DNA of 39,012 bases from Pseudomonadota bacterium (lineage in GTDB: Bacteria > Pseudomonadota > Gammaproteobacteria > Steroidobacterales > Steroidobacteraceae). A program made the position numbers and the translations under genes. Below are positions 9,243 to 19,286 of this stretch, one piece after another. Location: assembly GCA_021781775.1 (NCBI GenBank), contig JAJXWE010000001.1:1-39012 (forward strand), written 5' to 3'. The notes under the pieces are model-generated. The model was not told where the DNA came from and ran no database searches. It worked only from the letters and a program-made list of their open reading frames with translations. Numbering within the stretch: position 1 is the first letter of the stretch; each line of letters begins with the position of its first letter.

Positions 9243-11927
9243 TTGAAACCCAATTACAAACTAACCTGTGCCATTGCCACCGTCCTGGGCACGACCCAAG
9301 TTCACCCCGCATTTGCAGCCAACCAATCCACGCAACCCGCCTCGGGTGGCCTGCAAACAATCGTGGTAACGGCCCAACGTCGCAGCGAGAATGTTCAGGA
9401 CGTGCCGATCACCATTCAGGCAATCTCCGGAACGCAGTTGAATCAGATGCACATCGCAAATCTGGACGAACTGCTGAAGCTGACGCCAAACGTCACCGTG
9501 TCGGAAAACGGACCCGGCCAGGGACAGATCTATATCCGCGGCCTCGCCGCCGACATGGGCGGCGGTCAGTCGAGCGCCACCATCAACCCATTCCCGAATG
9601 TGGCACTGTACCTGGACGACCAGTCGATGCAATTCCCGGGGCGCAACCTGGACGTCTATGCGGTTGACCTCCAGCGCATCGAAGTTCTCGAGGGACCTCA
9701 GGGGACTTTGTTCGGCGGCGGAGCCGAGGCGGGCGCGATCCGCTACATCACCAACAAGCCGGTGCTCGACAGGACCACAGGCAGCGCCGAAATGACCTAC
9801 GGCATTACCACGCACGGTGACCCCAATACCGCCGTCAGCGGCGTGCTGAACCTGCCGCTGTTGCGGGACAGGTTGGCCGCGCGGGTGGTCGTCTACAATG
9901 ACCGGCAGGGCGGCTACATCGACAACGTGCCGAGTACATTTACCCGCAGGGACAACCCCTATGCCGGCATTCCCGTCGAGTGCTCCGGCGGCGCGAGCCC
10001 GGTCGGTGGCAGCTGTCCGAGCGGCACCTCGCCCATTCTGTTTGCGCCGCCGAGCAACCAGAGTGCCAATAACGATGCCATCGCGCGAAACGCCTCGAAT
10101 CCGCTGACTTACACCGGCATGAGGCTCGAGGTGCTCGGCAAGATCAACGACGATTGGAATGTGCTGATCACCCAAAGCCAGCAGACGATGGAGAGCGAGG
10201 GCGACTTCACCCAGTTTCCGTTTGGTGCGGACGGCCAGGCGCTCGGACCCTGGCAGGACACCGTGTTCGTACCAGCCTTCAACAAGGACCGCTTCGAGAA
10301 CACCGCCTGGACGCTGAACGGCAAGATAGGCGCCTTGAGCCTCATTTATACCGGCAGCTACCTCGACCGGCACATCGACAATCAGGACGACTACACGAAT
10401 TACGCACGAAGTGCCGGCGGCTATTACTATCAGTGCACCGGTGTCAGCGGAGGTATGACCGGTCCCGGCAGCGGACCGCCGACCTGCTACTCGCCGGTGA
10501 GCTCGTGGCGCGATCAGGCGCGCAACACACATCTGAGCCAGGAAATGCGGCTCAGCACGCCGGACGACTGGCGTCTGCGGGGCATCGTCGGCGCCTACTA
10601 CGAAGATTTCCGCATCTATGACAACATGAATTACGACTACAAGACCATTCCGTCATGCACGCCGGTCAATCTGAGCACCGCCCTGGCCGGAGGTGCGCCG
10701 TGTGTTGCGAACGTGTCGACGCTGCCGAATACGACGGCCAATTATCCCGGTCCGCGCGGTGATAACACGGCTTTCGGGATGGACACGCAGCGTGGTTACA
10801 AGCAGGTGGCTTTCTTCGGCACCGTGAGTTATGACATCCTGCCGAAGGTGCTGACGGTCAGCGCCGGCACCCGTTTCTACCATTACACCGAGTTCGAGGT
10901 GGGCTCGGAGTACTGGACATCATCCGACTGCGTGAACATCCCCAATGGCCAGTGCGACGTCTCGACATCGGACGGCATCAACATAGATGCCGAAAACCTG
11001 CGCAAGGGATATCACGGGTTCCGGAGCAGCGCCAATATTGCCTGGCACGTCGATCCCCACCTGATGGTGTATTACACGTTTTCGCAGGGTTTTCGGCCGG
11101 GCGGCTTCAATCGCGGCTCGGGGAATGTGGCCAAGAATGCGAACGGCGTCTATCAGTTCGCCAAGCCGGTCAACTATTCGCCTGATACCCTGATCAACAA
11201 CGAGCTCGGTTGGAAGGGCGTGTTCCTGAATCATCGGTTGTTGTTTAACGGTTCCATATACCACATGATCTGGAACAACGTGCAGATGATCTTCTTTGAT
11301 CCGACGGCCCTCGGCAACACGGCGTTTGCCACCAATGGCCCGGATTACACCATCAATGGGGGGGAGCTGCAGCTCGAAGCGAGGCTTGCAAGAGGCCTGA
11401 CTGTCGCGGGAGCGGGAACGTACAATGATGCCAAGCAGGCCAACTCGCCGTGTCTCATCGCGAACAACCCGGCGCTGCCGAACGTCGGGCAGTGCATCAC
11501 GGAAGTGAAAGGCCAGCCCTTCAGCAATCCCTTCGGCGGCCTCGACAGCACGCCGGCCTTCTCGCCCAAGGTCCAGTTCAACCTGCGCGCCCGCTATGAC
11601 TGGACAGTCGGAGATTACGACGCGTATGTCATGGTGGGGGGCAACTACGTGGGCGGGCAGTGGAGCGAGCCTTCCACATACCCGGGAGCCACGGACCCCA
11701 GGTGCAACCCGATCCCGACCGGGACACGGTGTCGGTACTACCAGCCGTCCTACCACACGTTCTTCGCCGGGATCGGGGTGTCCAAAGGCAACTGGCACGT
11801 GGATCTCAACGGTACGAATCTCAACAATTCGGATGCCAGCGTGTTCACCAGCACGGCGCAGTTCATCAAGACGGAGGTGCCGCTGCGGCCGCGAGTGGTC
11901 AGCGTGACCGTCGGCTACAATTTCTGA
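9243..11927 (+). CDS. TonB-dependent outer-membrane receptor
   Basis: The track ORF starts at 9066, but I place the start at TTG 9243, preceded by the SD-like GGGGGAGAG (9229-9237). This gives a signal peptide (M)KPNYKLTCAIATVLGTTQVHPAFA. The plug motif IVVTAQRRSENVQDVPITIQAISG follows, and the C-terminus ends ...VTVGYNF with the terminal aromatic residue typical of beta-barrels. Confidence 0.88.
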   Translation: MKPNYKLTCAIATVLGTTQVHPAFAANQSTQPASGGLQTIVVTAQRRSENVQDVPITIQAISGTQLNQMHIANLDELLKLTPNVTVSENGPGQGQIYIRGLAADMGGGQSSATINPFPNVALYLDDQSMQFPGRNLDVYAVDLQRIEVLEGPQGTLFGGGAEAGAIRYITNKPVLDRTTGSAEMTYGITTHGDPNTAVSGVLNLPLLRDRLAARVVVYNDRQGGYIDNVPSTFTRRDNPYAGIPVECSGGASPVGGSCPSGTSPILFAPPSNQSANNDAIARNASNPLTYTGMRLEVLGKINDDWNVLITQSQQTMESEGDFTQFPFGADGQALGPWQDTVFVPAFNKDRFENTAWTLNGKIGALSLIYTGSYLDRHIDNQDDYTNYARSAGGYYYQCTGVSGGMTGPGSGPPTCYSPVSSWRDQARNTHLSQEMRLSTPDDWRLRGIVGAYYEDFRIYDNMNYDYKTIPSCTPVNLSTALAGGAPCVANVSTLPNTTANYPGPRGDNTAFGMDTQRGYKQVAFFGTVSYDILPKVLTVSAGTRFYHYTEFEVGSEYWTSSDCVNIPNGQCDVSTSDGINIDAENLRKGYHGFRSSANIAWHVDPHLMVYYTFSQGFRPGGFNRGSGNVAKNANGVYQFAKPVNYSPDTLINNELGWKGVFLNHRLLFNGSIYHMIWNNVQMIFFDPTALGNTAFATNGPDYTINGGELQLEARLARGLTVAGAGTYNDAKQANSPCLIANNPALPNVGQCITEVKGQPFSNPFGGLDSTPAFSPKVQFNLRARYDWTVGDYDAYVMVGGNYVGGQWSEPSTYPGATDPRCNPIPTGTRCRYYQPSYHTFFAGIGVSKGNWHVDLNGTNLNNSDASVFTSTAQFIKTEVPLRPRVVSVTVGYNF

Positions 11928-12041
11928 CCGGGCGCGGTTGGGAGAAGCTGGTGGGCAGAGGTGCGTGAGCCGGGGCCAGAGCGGCCGGGATAAAATGCCG
12001 GGCGGGCGAAGAGGCCCGCCGACTCGCCACATTGAGGTCTC

Positions 12042-14069
12042 GTGAACAGTATCGTGTCGCAACCCTTGTCTTCCGTCGAGGCGGAAGTCGGCCGGATTCG
12101 CGAGCTGCTCAATCAGCGGCAGCTGGAACCGGCACTCGCGGCCACCAAGGCTCTTGCCGCGCAGGTGCCCGAGAATCGGGACGTGCTTTACCTGCTTGCC
12201 CTGGCGCAGCGTCACCTGCAGCGGATCGAGGACGCGCTGGACACTCTTGAGCGGCTGGAGCGTCTGCACCCGCGGTTCAGCCGCATTTACCAGGAACGGG
12301 GCCATTGCTTCGTAGCGCAGCGTGATGCGTCAAGGGCCATCGACGCCTTTCTGCGGGCCGTCAACATCAACCCGGCGCTGCCCGCCAGCTGGAGCATGCT
12401 GGAGGGCCTGTATCGCATGACGGGTCAGGAGGACAACGCCCGCATGGCGGCCGGGCACGTCGAGACGCTGAAGGGTCTGCCGCCGGAGGTAGTCCGAGCG
12501 ACCTCGCTATTCTCCGACGGCGAACTGGCGGCGGCCGAGCAGATCACTCGTGCCTACCTGCTCGCGCACGGGGATCATATAGAGGCGATGCGGTTGCTTG
12601 CGCGGATCGGGATGGCAAGGGACGTGCTCGATGATGCCGAGATCCTTCTCGAGGCGGTGCTCGAGCGGGCGCCGGATTACCGGGCGGCTCGTCTTGACTA
12701 CGCACGGGTGCTGGTGGAGCGGCACAAGTATCCACGCGCCTGCGAGCAGCTCGAGCGGCTGCTCGAACTCGATCCTCCCAACAGGGAGTACCGGGTGTTG
12801 TACGCGACCGCCCGCGTTGGCCTCGGCCAGCACGAGCAGGCAATCAGCCTATACCGAGCGCTGCTCGCTGAGACGCCGGACTCGCCCGAGCTGCATCTGT
12901 CCGTGGCGCACGCGCTGAAGACGCTCGGACGCACGCCTGAGGCCATAGAGAGTTACCGCGCAGCGGCGCGCGCCCGGCCCAGCTACGGCGACGCCTATTG
13001 GAGCCTTGCCAATCTCAAGACCTACCGCTTCACGGACGAGGAGATCTCCTGCATGCGCGCCGAGGAGGCCTCTTCCGCCAGCTCGAACATCGACCGCTGC
13101 CACCTGTGCTTTGCTCTCGGCAAGGCGCTCGAGGATCGCGGCGAGTACGCCGAGTCCTTCGAATTCTATGCGCGCGGCAACGCGCTGAAACGCGCCGAGA
13201 GCCGCTACCGCGCCGAGATCATCGAGAACAACACCCGGCTGCAGATCGAGGTCTGTACGTCGGAGTTCTTCGCCGCGCGCGCGGGCAGCGGCGCGGCGAG
13301 CGAGGAGCCGATCTTCATCGTCGGACTGCCCCGCTCCGGCTCGACGCTCCTCGAGCAGATCCTGGCGTCGCATCCCCAGGTCGATGGCACTCAGGAGCTC
13401 GCCGAGGTGCCGCGTATCGTGCAGGATCTGCAGGGCCGCGATCCGGATCTAGACAACCCGCGTTATCCGGGCGGGCTGCGCGAGCTCGGGAACGAGCAGC
13501 TGCGGCGTCTCGGCGAGCGGTACCTTGCGGAGACGCGCGTCTACCGCGGCGACAGGCTGCGCTTCATGGACAAGATGCCGAACAATTTCCGGCATATCGG
13601 CCTGATCCACCTGATGCTGCCCAACGCGCGCATCATTGACGTGCGGCGGGAGCCCATGGCCTGCTGCTTCGGCAATCTCAAGCAGCTCTTCGCTTCGGGG
13701 CAGGAGTTCACCTACAGCATCGAGGACATCGCGCGTTACTACCGCACCTACCTCGATCTGATGGACCACTGGGACCGGGTGCTGCCCGGCAGGGTCCTGC
13801 GCGTGCATCACGAGGACGTGGTCGCGGATCTCGAAGTCAACGTCAGGCGGATCCTTGAGTTCTGCGGCCTACCGTTCGATCCGGCCTGCGTCGAGTTCCA
13901 CAAGACCGAGCGCAGCGTTCGCACCGCGAGCTCCGAGCAGGTCCGCCGGCCGATCTACCGCGAGGGGCTCGAGCAGTGGAAGCGATACGAGCCCTGGCTC
14001 GCGCCGCTGCGCGAGGCGCTCGGGGACGCGCTCTGGCGTTATCGCCCGGCGGGACCCACGGCGCAGTGA
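12042..14069 (+). CDS. TPR-repeat protein fused to a PAPS-dependent sulfotransferase domain
   Basis: 675 aa with a GTG start after GAGG. The N-terminal ~400 aa are TPR-like repeats. The C-terminal part has the 5'-PSB loop IFIVGLPRSGSTLLEQIL and a typical sulfotransferase body (...MPNNF.HIGLIHLMLPNARIIDVRREPMACCF...). This fusion is commonly encoded next to TonB-dependent receptors. Confidence 0.8.
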   Translation: MNSIVSQPLSSVEAEVGRIRELLNQRQLEPALAATKALAAQVPENRDVLYLLALAQRHLQRIEDALDTLERLERLHPRFSRIYQERGHCFVAQRDASRAIDAFLRAVNINPALPASWSMLEGLYRMTGQEDNARMAAGHVETLKGLPPEVVRATSLFSDGELAAAEQITRAYLLAHGDHIEAMRLLARIGMARDVLDDAEILLEAVLERAPDYRAARLDYARVLVERHKYPRACEQLERLLELDPPNREYRVLYATARVGLGQHEQAISLYRALLAETPDSPELHLSVAHALKTLGRTPEAIESYRAAARARPSYGDAYWSLANLKTYRFTDEEISCMRAEEASSASSNIDRCHLCFALGKALEDRGEYAESFEFYARGNALKRAESRYRAEIIENNTRLQIEVCTSEFFAARAGSGAASEEPIFIVGLPRSGSTLLEQILASHPQVDGTQELAEVPRIVQDLQGRDPDLDNPRYPGGLRELGNEQLRRLGERYLAETRVYRGDRLRFMDKMPNNFRHIGLIHLMLPNARIIDVRREPMACCFGNLKQLFASGQEFTYSIEDIARYYRTYLDLMDHWDRVLPGRVLRVHHEDVVADLEVNVRRILEFCGLPFDPACVEFHKTERSVRTASSEQVRRPIYREGLEQWKRYEPWLAPLREALGDALWRYRPAGPTAQ

Positions 14070-14070
14070 C

Positions 14071-15633
14071 ATGACGGCATCAGATCCTTCTCCATCCGGT
14101 GCTTCTCCCGCCGGCCCGCTCGAGGCGCGCTTCGACCTGCTGGTCGTGGGCGGCGGGATCAACGGCGCCGGGATCGCGCGCGATGCGGCCGGCAGGGGAC
14201 TGCGGGTGTGCCTTGTCGAGCAATCGGACCTGTCTTCGTTCACTTCCTCGGCGAGCACCAAGCTCATCCACGGCGGACTGCGCTATCTCGAATACGGCGA
14301 GTTCCGCCTGGTGCGCGAAGCGCTGGCCGAGCGGGAGCGTTTGCTCGCCATCGCCCCTCATCTCGTGCATCCGCTGCGCTTCGTGCTGCCGCACGCGCCC
14401 ACTCTGCGGCCGCGCTGGCAGATGCGCGCCGGCCTGTTTCTCTACGACCACCTGGGCGGCCACCGCCGGCTGCCGGGGTCGCGCTCGGTGGACCTGCGGC
14501 GCGCGCTCGCGGGCCGGGCGCTCAAGGCGGACTTTCGGCGCGGCTTCGCCTATTCCGACTGCCGCGTCGATGACAGTCGCCTCGTCGTCGCCAATGCGCG
14601 CGACGCGGCCGACCGCGGCGCGGTGATCCTCCCGCGTACCCGCCTGGTGACGGCGCGCGCCGCACACGACGGCTGGCGCGTGGAGTGCCGGAACCTCACG
14701 AGCGGCGAGAGCGTCCCACTGCGGGCCACGGCGGTGGTCAATGCCGCGGGCCCGTGGGTCAACGAGGTTCGGGAGGCATTCGGCCTGCAGGCCGCCGAGC
14801 CGATCCGGCTGGTGCGGGGTAGCCACCTCGTCCTACCGCGGCTGTTCGAGGGCGACCATGCGTACATCCTGCAGAATCCGGACCATCGCATCGTGTTCGC
14901 CATCCCATTCCAGGACGACTTCACCCTGGTCGGCACCACCGACGTGCCGCACACCGGCTCGCTCGAGAGCGTGGCCATCACGGCCGAGGAAATCGCCTAC
15001 CTCTGCGAGAGTATCAACCGCTACTTCAAACAGCCGATCCGTCCGCACAATGTGCTGTGGAGCTACTCGGGCGTGCGCGCGCTGCGCGACGACGGCGCGG
15101 CGGACGCCTCCGCCGTGACTCGGGACTACGAGCTGCTGCTGGAGCGGGCCGCTCAGGGCGCACCCCTGCTGTCCGTGCTCGGCGGCAAGATCACCACCTA
15201 CCGCAGGCTGGCGGAGGCGGCGCTCGCACTGCTGCAGCCGGTGATCGGCGGTGCGGCAACGCCCTGGACCGCCTCCGCCGCGCTGCCCGGCGGAGACATG
15301 CCGGGCGCCAACTTCGCGGAGTTCGCCGAGGAGGCGACCCGGCGCTGGCCATTCCTCGAACCACGACACCTGCGCAGGCTGGTGTGCGCGTACGGCACGC
15401 GCGTGGAGCGAGTGCTGCACGGGGCGCGCACGGCTGCGGACCTCGGCGAGCCTCTGGGCGCGGATCTCACCGCGGCAGAAGTCGACCACCTGCGGCGCGA
15501 GGAATGGGTCGTCACCTCGCAGGACATCCTGTGGCGCCGCAGCAAGCTCGGACTGCGCTTGACGGCGGACGAGCTGGAACGGCTCGATCGGTACCTGCAG
15601 GCCGAATCCCCACTGCGGAGAGCATACTCATGA
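14071..15633 (+). CDS. glpD: Aerobic glycerol-3-phosphate dehydrogenase (FAD)
   Basis: Start chosen at ATG 14071 (MTASDPS...), 1 nt after the upstream stop; the track ORF extension from 13855 lies inside the previous gene. The FAD fold is [53 protein letters not shown]. Confidence 0.9.
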   Translation: MTASDPSPSGASPAGPLEARFDLLVVGGGINGAGIARDAAGRGLRVCLVEQSDLSSFTSSASTKLIHGGLRYLEYGEFRLVREALAERERLLAIAPHLVHPLRFVLPHAPTLRPRWQMRAGLFLYDHLGGHRRLPGSRSVDLRRALAGRALKADFRRGFAYSDCRVDDSRLVVANARDAADRGAVILPRTRLVTARAAHDGWRVECRNLTSGESVPLRATAVVNAAGPWVNEVREAFGLQAAEPIRLVRGSHLVLPRLFEGDHAYILQNPDHRIVFAIPFQDDFTLVGTTDVPHTGSLESVAITAEEIAYLCESINRYFKQPIRPHNVLWSYSGVRALRDDGAADASAVTRDYELLLERAAQGAPLLSVLGGKITTYRRLAEAALALLQPVIGGAATPWTASAALPGGDMPGANFAEFAEEATRRWPFLEPRHLRRLVCAYGTRVERVLHGARTAADLGEPLGADLTAAEVDHLRREEWVVTSQDILWRRSKLGLRLTADELERLDRYLQAESPLRRAYS

Positions 15634-17144
15634 CTCCCGTGACCCATGGCAAGTACGTCGGCGCGATCGATCAAGGCACCACCAGCACGCGCTTCATGGT
15701 GTTTGGACACCAGGGAGAGGTGCTTGCGAGCGCCCAGCTCGAGCATCGCCAGATCTACCCGCAGCCTGGCTGGGTAGAGCACGATCCGTTCGAGATCTGG
15801 ACCAACACGCGGCAGGTCATCGAGACGGCGCTCGACCAGGCCGGCCTGGGCGCCCGGAACCTCGTGGCGGTGGGCATCACCAACCAGCGCGAGACCACGC
15901 TGCTCTGGGACCGGCGCAGCGGCAAGCCGCTGCACAACGCTCTCGTCTGGCAGGACACCCGGGTCGCCGGCGAGGTCGCCGCCCTGGCGAGCGCGAGCGG
16001 CCTGGACCGGTTCCGCGGCAAGACCGGGCTGCCGCTCGCAACCTACTTCAGCGCACTGAAGCTCAAGCGACTGCTCGATGACGTCCCGCATGGGCGCGAA
16101 CTCGCCGAAGCGGGCGATGCCCTGTTCGGCACCATCGATTCGTGGCTGCTGTGGAACCTCACCGGTGGAACGCAGGGCGGCGTGCACGTCACGGACGTGA
16201 CCAACGCCAGCCGCACCCAGCTCATGAATCTCGCGACGCTGGCGTGGGACGACGAGCTGCTCTCGGCGTTCGGGGTGCCGCGCACCTGCCTGCCCCGCAT
16301 CGCTTCCTCGAGCGAAGTCTACGGGGAGTGTCGGCTGCCGGCGCTCTCCGGCGTGCCGATCGCCGGGGATCTCGGCGATCAGCAGGCCGCCCTCGTCGGC
16401 CAGACGTGCCTGCGGCGCGGCGATGCCAAGAACACCTACGGCACCGGCTGTTTCCTGTTGATGAACACTGGCGAACAGCCGGTGGCTTCGCGGTCGGGCC
16501 TGATTACGACGGTGGCCTACCAGTTCGGACGGGAGCGTCCCTGCTATGCGCTCGAGGGCTCGGTGGCGGTGGCTGGCGCCCTGGTGCAATGGCTGCGGGA
16601 CCGCCTGGGCATCATCAAGAGCAGCGCGGACATCGAGTCGCTCGCCCAGGAGGTCGAGGACAATGGCGATGTTTATTTCGTACCCTCCTTCTCCGGGTTG
16701 TTCGCGCCGCATTGGCGCTCCGACGCCCGCGGCGTCATCGCGGGACTCACCGGTTACGCGAGCCGCGCGCACCTGGCGCGCGCCGCGCTCGAGGCCACCG
16801 CCTATCAGACGCGCGACGTGCTCGAGGCGATGGAGAAGGACTCGGGCACTGCGCTCACCGAGCTGCGCGTCGATGGAGGCATGGTGGTGAACGAGCTGCT
16901 GATGCAGTTCCAGGCCGACCTTCTCGATGTCGGCGTGGTGCGTCCCCAGGTTACCGAGACCACGGCGCTCGGCGCCGCGTACGCGGCAGGCCTCGCCACG
17001 GGCTACTGGAAGAGTCGCGATGACCTGATCGCGAACTGGCAAGTCGATCGGCGCTGGCGCCCAGCCATGGGCGCCGAGCAGCGCGCACACCTGTATCACT
17101 CCTGGCAGAAGGCGCTCGAGCGCTCGCTGGGTTGGATTGACTGA
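15630..17144 (+). CDS. glpK: Glycerol kinase
   Basis: The start ATG 15630 overlaps the glpD stop (ATGA). The sequence [25 protein letters not shown]...[13 protein letters not shown]...WQDTR is canonical FGGY/GlpK. 504 aa. Confidence 0.93.
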   Translation: MTPVTHGKYVGAIDQGTTSTRFMVFGHQGEVLASAQLEHRQIYPQPGWVEHDPFEIWTNTRQVIETALDQAGLGARNLVAVGITNQRETTLLWDRRSGKPLHNALVWQDTRVAGEVAALASASGLDRFRGKTGLPLATYFSALKLKRLLDDVPHGRELAEAGDALFGTIDSWLLWNLTGGTQGGVHVTDVTNASRTQLMNLATLAWDDELLSAFGVPRTCLPRIASSSEVYGECRLPALSGVPIAGDLGDQQAALVGQTCLRRGDAKNTYGTGCFLLMNTGEQPVASRSGLITTVAYQFGRERPCYALEGSVAVAGALVQWLRDRLGIIKSSADIESLAQEVEDNGDVYFVPSFSGLFAPHWRSDARGVIAGLTGYASRAHLARAALEATAYQTRDVLEAMEKDSGTALTELRVDGGMVVNELLMQFQADLLDVGVVRPQVTETTALGAAYAAGLATGYWKSRDDLIANWQVDRRWRPAMGAEQRAHLYHSWQKALERSLGWID

Positions 17145-17162
17145 CACGACGAGGGGATCGAG

Positions 17163-17888
17163 ATGGGAAGCGGGTTCTGGGGCGAGTTTGTCGGCACGGC
17201 GGTGCTCATCCTGCTGGGTAACGGCGTGGTCGCCTGCGTGGCGCTCGACAAGTCATTCGGCCACGGTGGCGGGTGGATCGTCATCACGGCAGGCTGGTGT
17301 TTCGCGGTCATGGCCGGGGTCCTCACGGCCCTCGCCCTGGGCGCGCCGGCCTACCTCAATCCCGCGGTCGCCATCGGGATCGCCGTGGCCACGGGCAAGT
17401 GGAGCGGCATACCGGGATATGTCCTTGCGGAGCTGCTTGGTGCGATGGCGGGCGCCACGCTCGTGTGGCTGCATTACCTGCATCACTGGGGGGTGACCCC
17501 CGATGCGGCCGCCAAGCGTGCCTGCTTCTGCACCGCGCCGGCCATCTCGCATCTCCCGGCGAACCTGCTCAGCGAAATCATCGGCACTTTCGTGCTGGTG
17601 CTGGTGGCCGCGGCGATCGGCTCCGCGCGGCTGGCCCCGCACGGCCTGCCGGCGGGCCTGGGCCCGGTCGTAGTGGCGTTCCTGGTGTGGGCCATCGGCC
17701 TGTCCCTCGGCGGCCCTACGGGGTACGCCATCAACCCCGCGCGGGACCTGGGGCCGCGCATCATGCACGCCGTGCTTCCCGTCGCGGGCAAGGGCAGCTC
17801 CGAGTGGGGCTACGCGCCGGTACCGGTGATCGGCCCGGTCGTTGGTGCCACGCTCGCGGGTTTGTGCGTACACCTATTGTCGATATGA
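17163..17888 (+). CDS. glpF: Aquaglyceroporin / glycerol uptake facilitator (MIP family)
   Basis: 241 aa, six hydrophobic segments and both NPA boxes (NPAVAIG and NPARDLGPR). Confidence 0.88.
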   Translation: MGSGFWGEFVGTAVLILLGNGVVACVALDKSFGHGGGWIVITAGWCFAVMAGVLTALALGAPAYLNPAVAIGIAVATGKWSGIPGYVLAELLGAMAGATLVWLHYLHHWGVTPDAAAKRACFCTAPAISHLPANLLSEIIGTFVLVLVAAAIGSARLAPHGLPAGLGPVVVAFLVWAIGLSLGGPTGYAINPARDLGPRIMHAVLPVAGKGSSEWGYAPVPVIGPVVGATLAGLCVHLLSI

Positions 17889-17906
17889 CAGCCCTGGAGA
17901 CCTCGC

Positions 17907-19277
17907 ATGCAGCAAGAATCACTCCAACTTGATGCCGCCGCGGTCCGCGGGATGTTCGACGAACGGCACATCGAGCGCGCGAAAGTCGGTGTGTTCGATA
18001 TCGACGGGATCCTGCGCGGCAAGTACATGGGGCGCGAGAAGTTCCTGTCCGCGCTCGAGAAGGGATTCGGGTTCTGCGACGTGGTGCTGGGGTGGGACTC
18101 CAACGACCAGCTCTGCGACAACGTGCGCTTCACCGGCTGGCACACGGCGTTCCCCGATGCCACCGCGCGCATCTTGCCGGCGACATGCCGCAACATTCCC
18201 TTCGAGCCGGACACCCCGCTTTTCCTCGCGGAGTTCTCCGGTGCCGCCGAGGCGATTTGCCCGCGCGGCACCCTGCGGCGGGTGCTAGACCGGGCCGCGC
18301 GCCTTGGCTACAGCACGCACGCCGCGGTCGAGTACGAGTTCTTCCTTTTTAAGGAAACGCCCGAGTCAGTGCGCAACAAAGGCTACCGCGATCTGCAGAC
18401 ACTCACGCCGGGCAACTTCGGGTACTCGGTGCTACGCAACTCGGTGCACGCGGAGTTCTACCAGGCGCTGCTCGATCTCGCCTCCGCCATGCGTATGCCT
18501 ATCGAGAGTCTGCACACCGAGACCGGTCCCGGGGTGCTCGAAGCCGCCCTCGCATACTGTGGGGCGCTCGAGGCGGCGGACCGCGCGGCGTTGTTCAAGA
18601 CCTTCGCGAAAGTGCTGGCGCAACGCCACGGCCTGATGGCGACCTTCATGGCCAAGTGGTCGAACCGTTATCCCGGCCAGAGCGGACACCTGCACCTGTC
18701 GCTGCAGCGCGCCGACGGTGCGCCGGTCTTTCACGATCCGGCCCGGCCGCACGAGATATCAGACGAGATGCGCTGGTTCATCGGCGGACAGCAGGCGCTC
18801 ATGCCGGAGTGCCTGGCGATGGTCGCCTGCACCGTCAACAGCTACTCGCGCCTCGTCCCCGGTTACTGGGCGCCGACCTCGGCGACCTGGGGCGTGGAGA
18901 ATCGCACCACGGCGCTGCGCGTCATCCGCGGGGGTGCCTCCAGCCAGCGCGTGGAGTATCGCATTGCGGCCGCCGACATCAATCCCTACCTGGCGCTCGC
19001 CGCGGCCATCGGCACCGGTCTGTGGGGCATCGAGCACCGCATCGAGCCCGATGCGCCGATGGTGGGCAATGCCTATGACCGTGAGCATCCGCCGCACCGC
19101 CGGCTGCCGGCGACGCTGGAGGAGGCGGCCGAGCGGCTGCTCTCATCCGAGGCAGCGCGCGAGCTGTTCGGGAACGCCTTCGTCGAGCACTTCGCCGCCA
19201 CCCGGCAATGGGAGGAGCGGGAATTTCGCAAGGCGATCACGGATTGGGAGTTGTCCCGTTACTTCGAGATCATTTGA
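17907..19277 (+). CDS. Glutamine-synthetase-family ATP-dependent ligase (gamma-glutamyl-amine synthetase type, PuuA/IpuC-like)
   Basis: 456 aa. GS catalytic-domain blocks: AVEYEFFLF, HTETGPGVLE, ATFMAKW...PGQSGHLHLSL, NSYSRLVPGYWAP, WGVENRTTALRV, VEYRIAAADINPYLALAA. It is encoded next to an ALDH and a GATase-type hydrolase, as in gamma-glutamylation pathways. Confidence 0.8.
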   Translation: MQQESLQLDAAAVRGMFDERHIERAKVGVFDIDGILRGKYMGREKFLSALEKGFGFCDVVLGWDSNDQLCDNVRFTGWHTAFPDATARILPATCRNIPFEPDTPLFLAEFSGAAEAICPRGTLRRVLDRAARLGYSTHAAVEYEFFLFKETPESVRNKGYRDLQTLTPGNFGYSVLRNSVHAEFYQALLDLASAMRMPIESLHTETGPGVLEAALAYCGALEAADRAALFKTFAKVLAQRHGLMATFMAKWSNRYPGQSGHLHLSLQRADGAPVFHDPARPHEISDEMRWFIGGQQALMPECLAMVACTVNSYSRLVPGYWAPTSATWGVENRTTALRVIRGGASSQRVEYRIAAADINPYLALAAAIGTGLWGIEHRIEPDAPMVGNAYDREHPPHRRLPATLEEAAERLLSSEAARELFGNAFVEHFAATRQWEEREFRKAITDWELSRYFEII

Positions 19278-19286
19278 GAGTCCCTC

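Noticed and set aside
12001-12020. GC hairpin GGCGGGC-GAAGAG-GCCCGCC between the receptor and the sulfotransferase gene
   Set aside because: The stem is only 7 bp and no U-tract follows, which is not enough to call an intrinsic terminator.
9261-12305. 423-aa and 461-aa minus-strand ORFs (9261-10532, 10920-12305) opposite the TonB-dependent receptor
   Set aside because: Antisense to a receptor with plug motif, beta-barrel character and terminal Phe. Arg/Gly/Val-rich, no motifs.
15198-17147. 649-aa minus-strand ORF opposite glpK
   Set aside because: Antisense to a canonical glycerol kinase, with low-complexity Arg/Ala/Gly composition and no motif.
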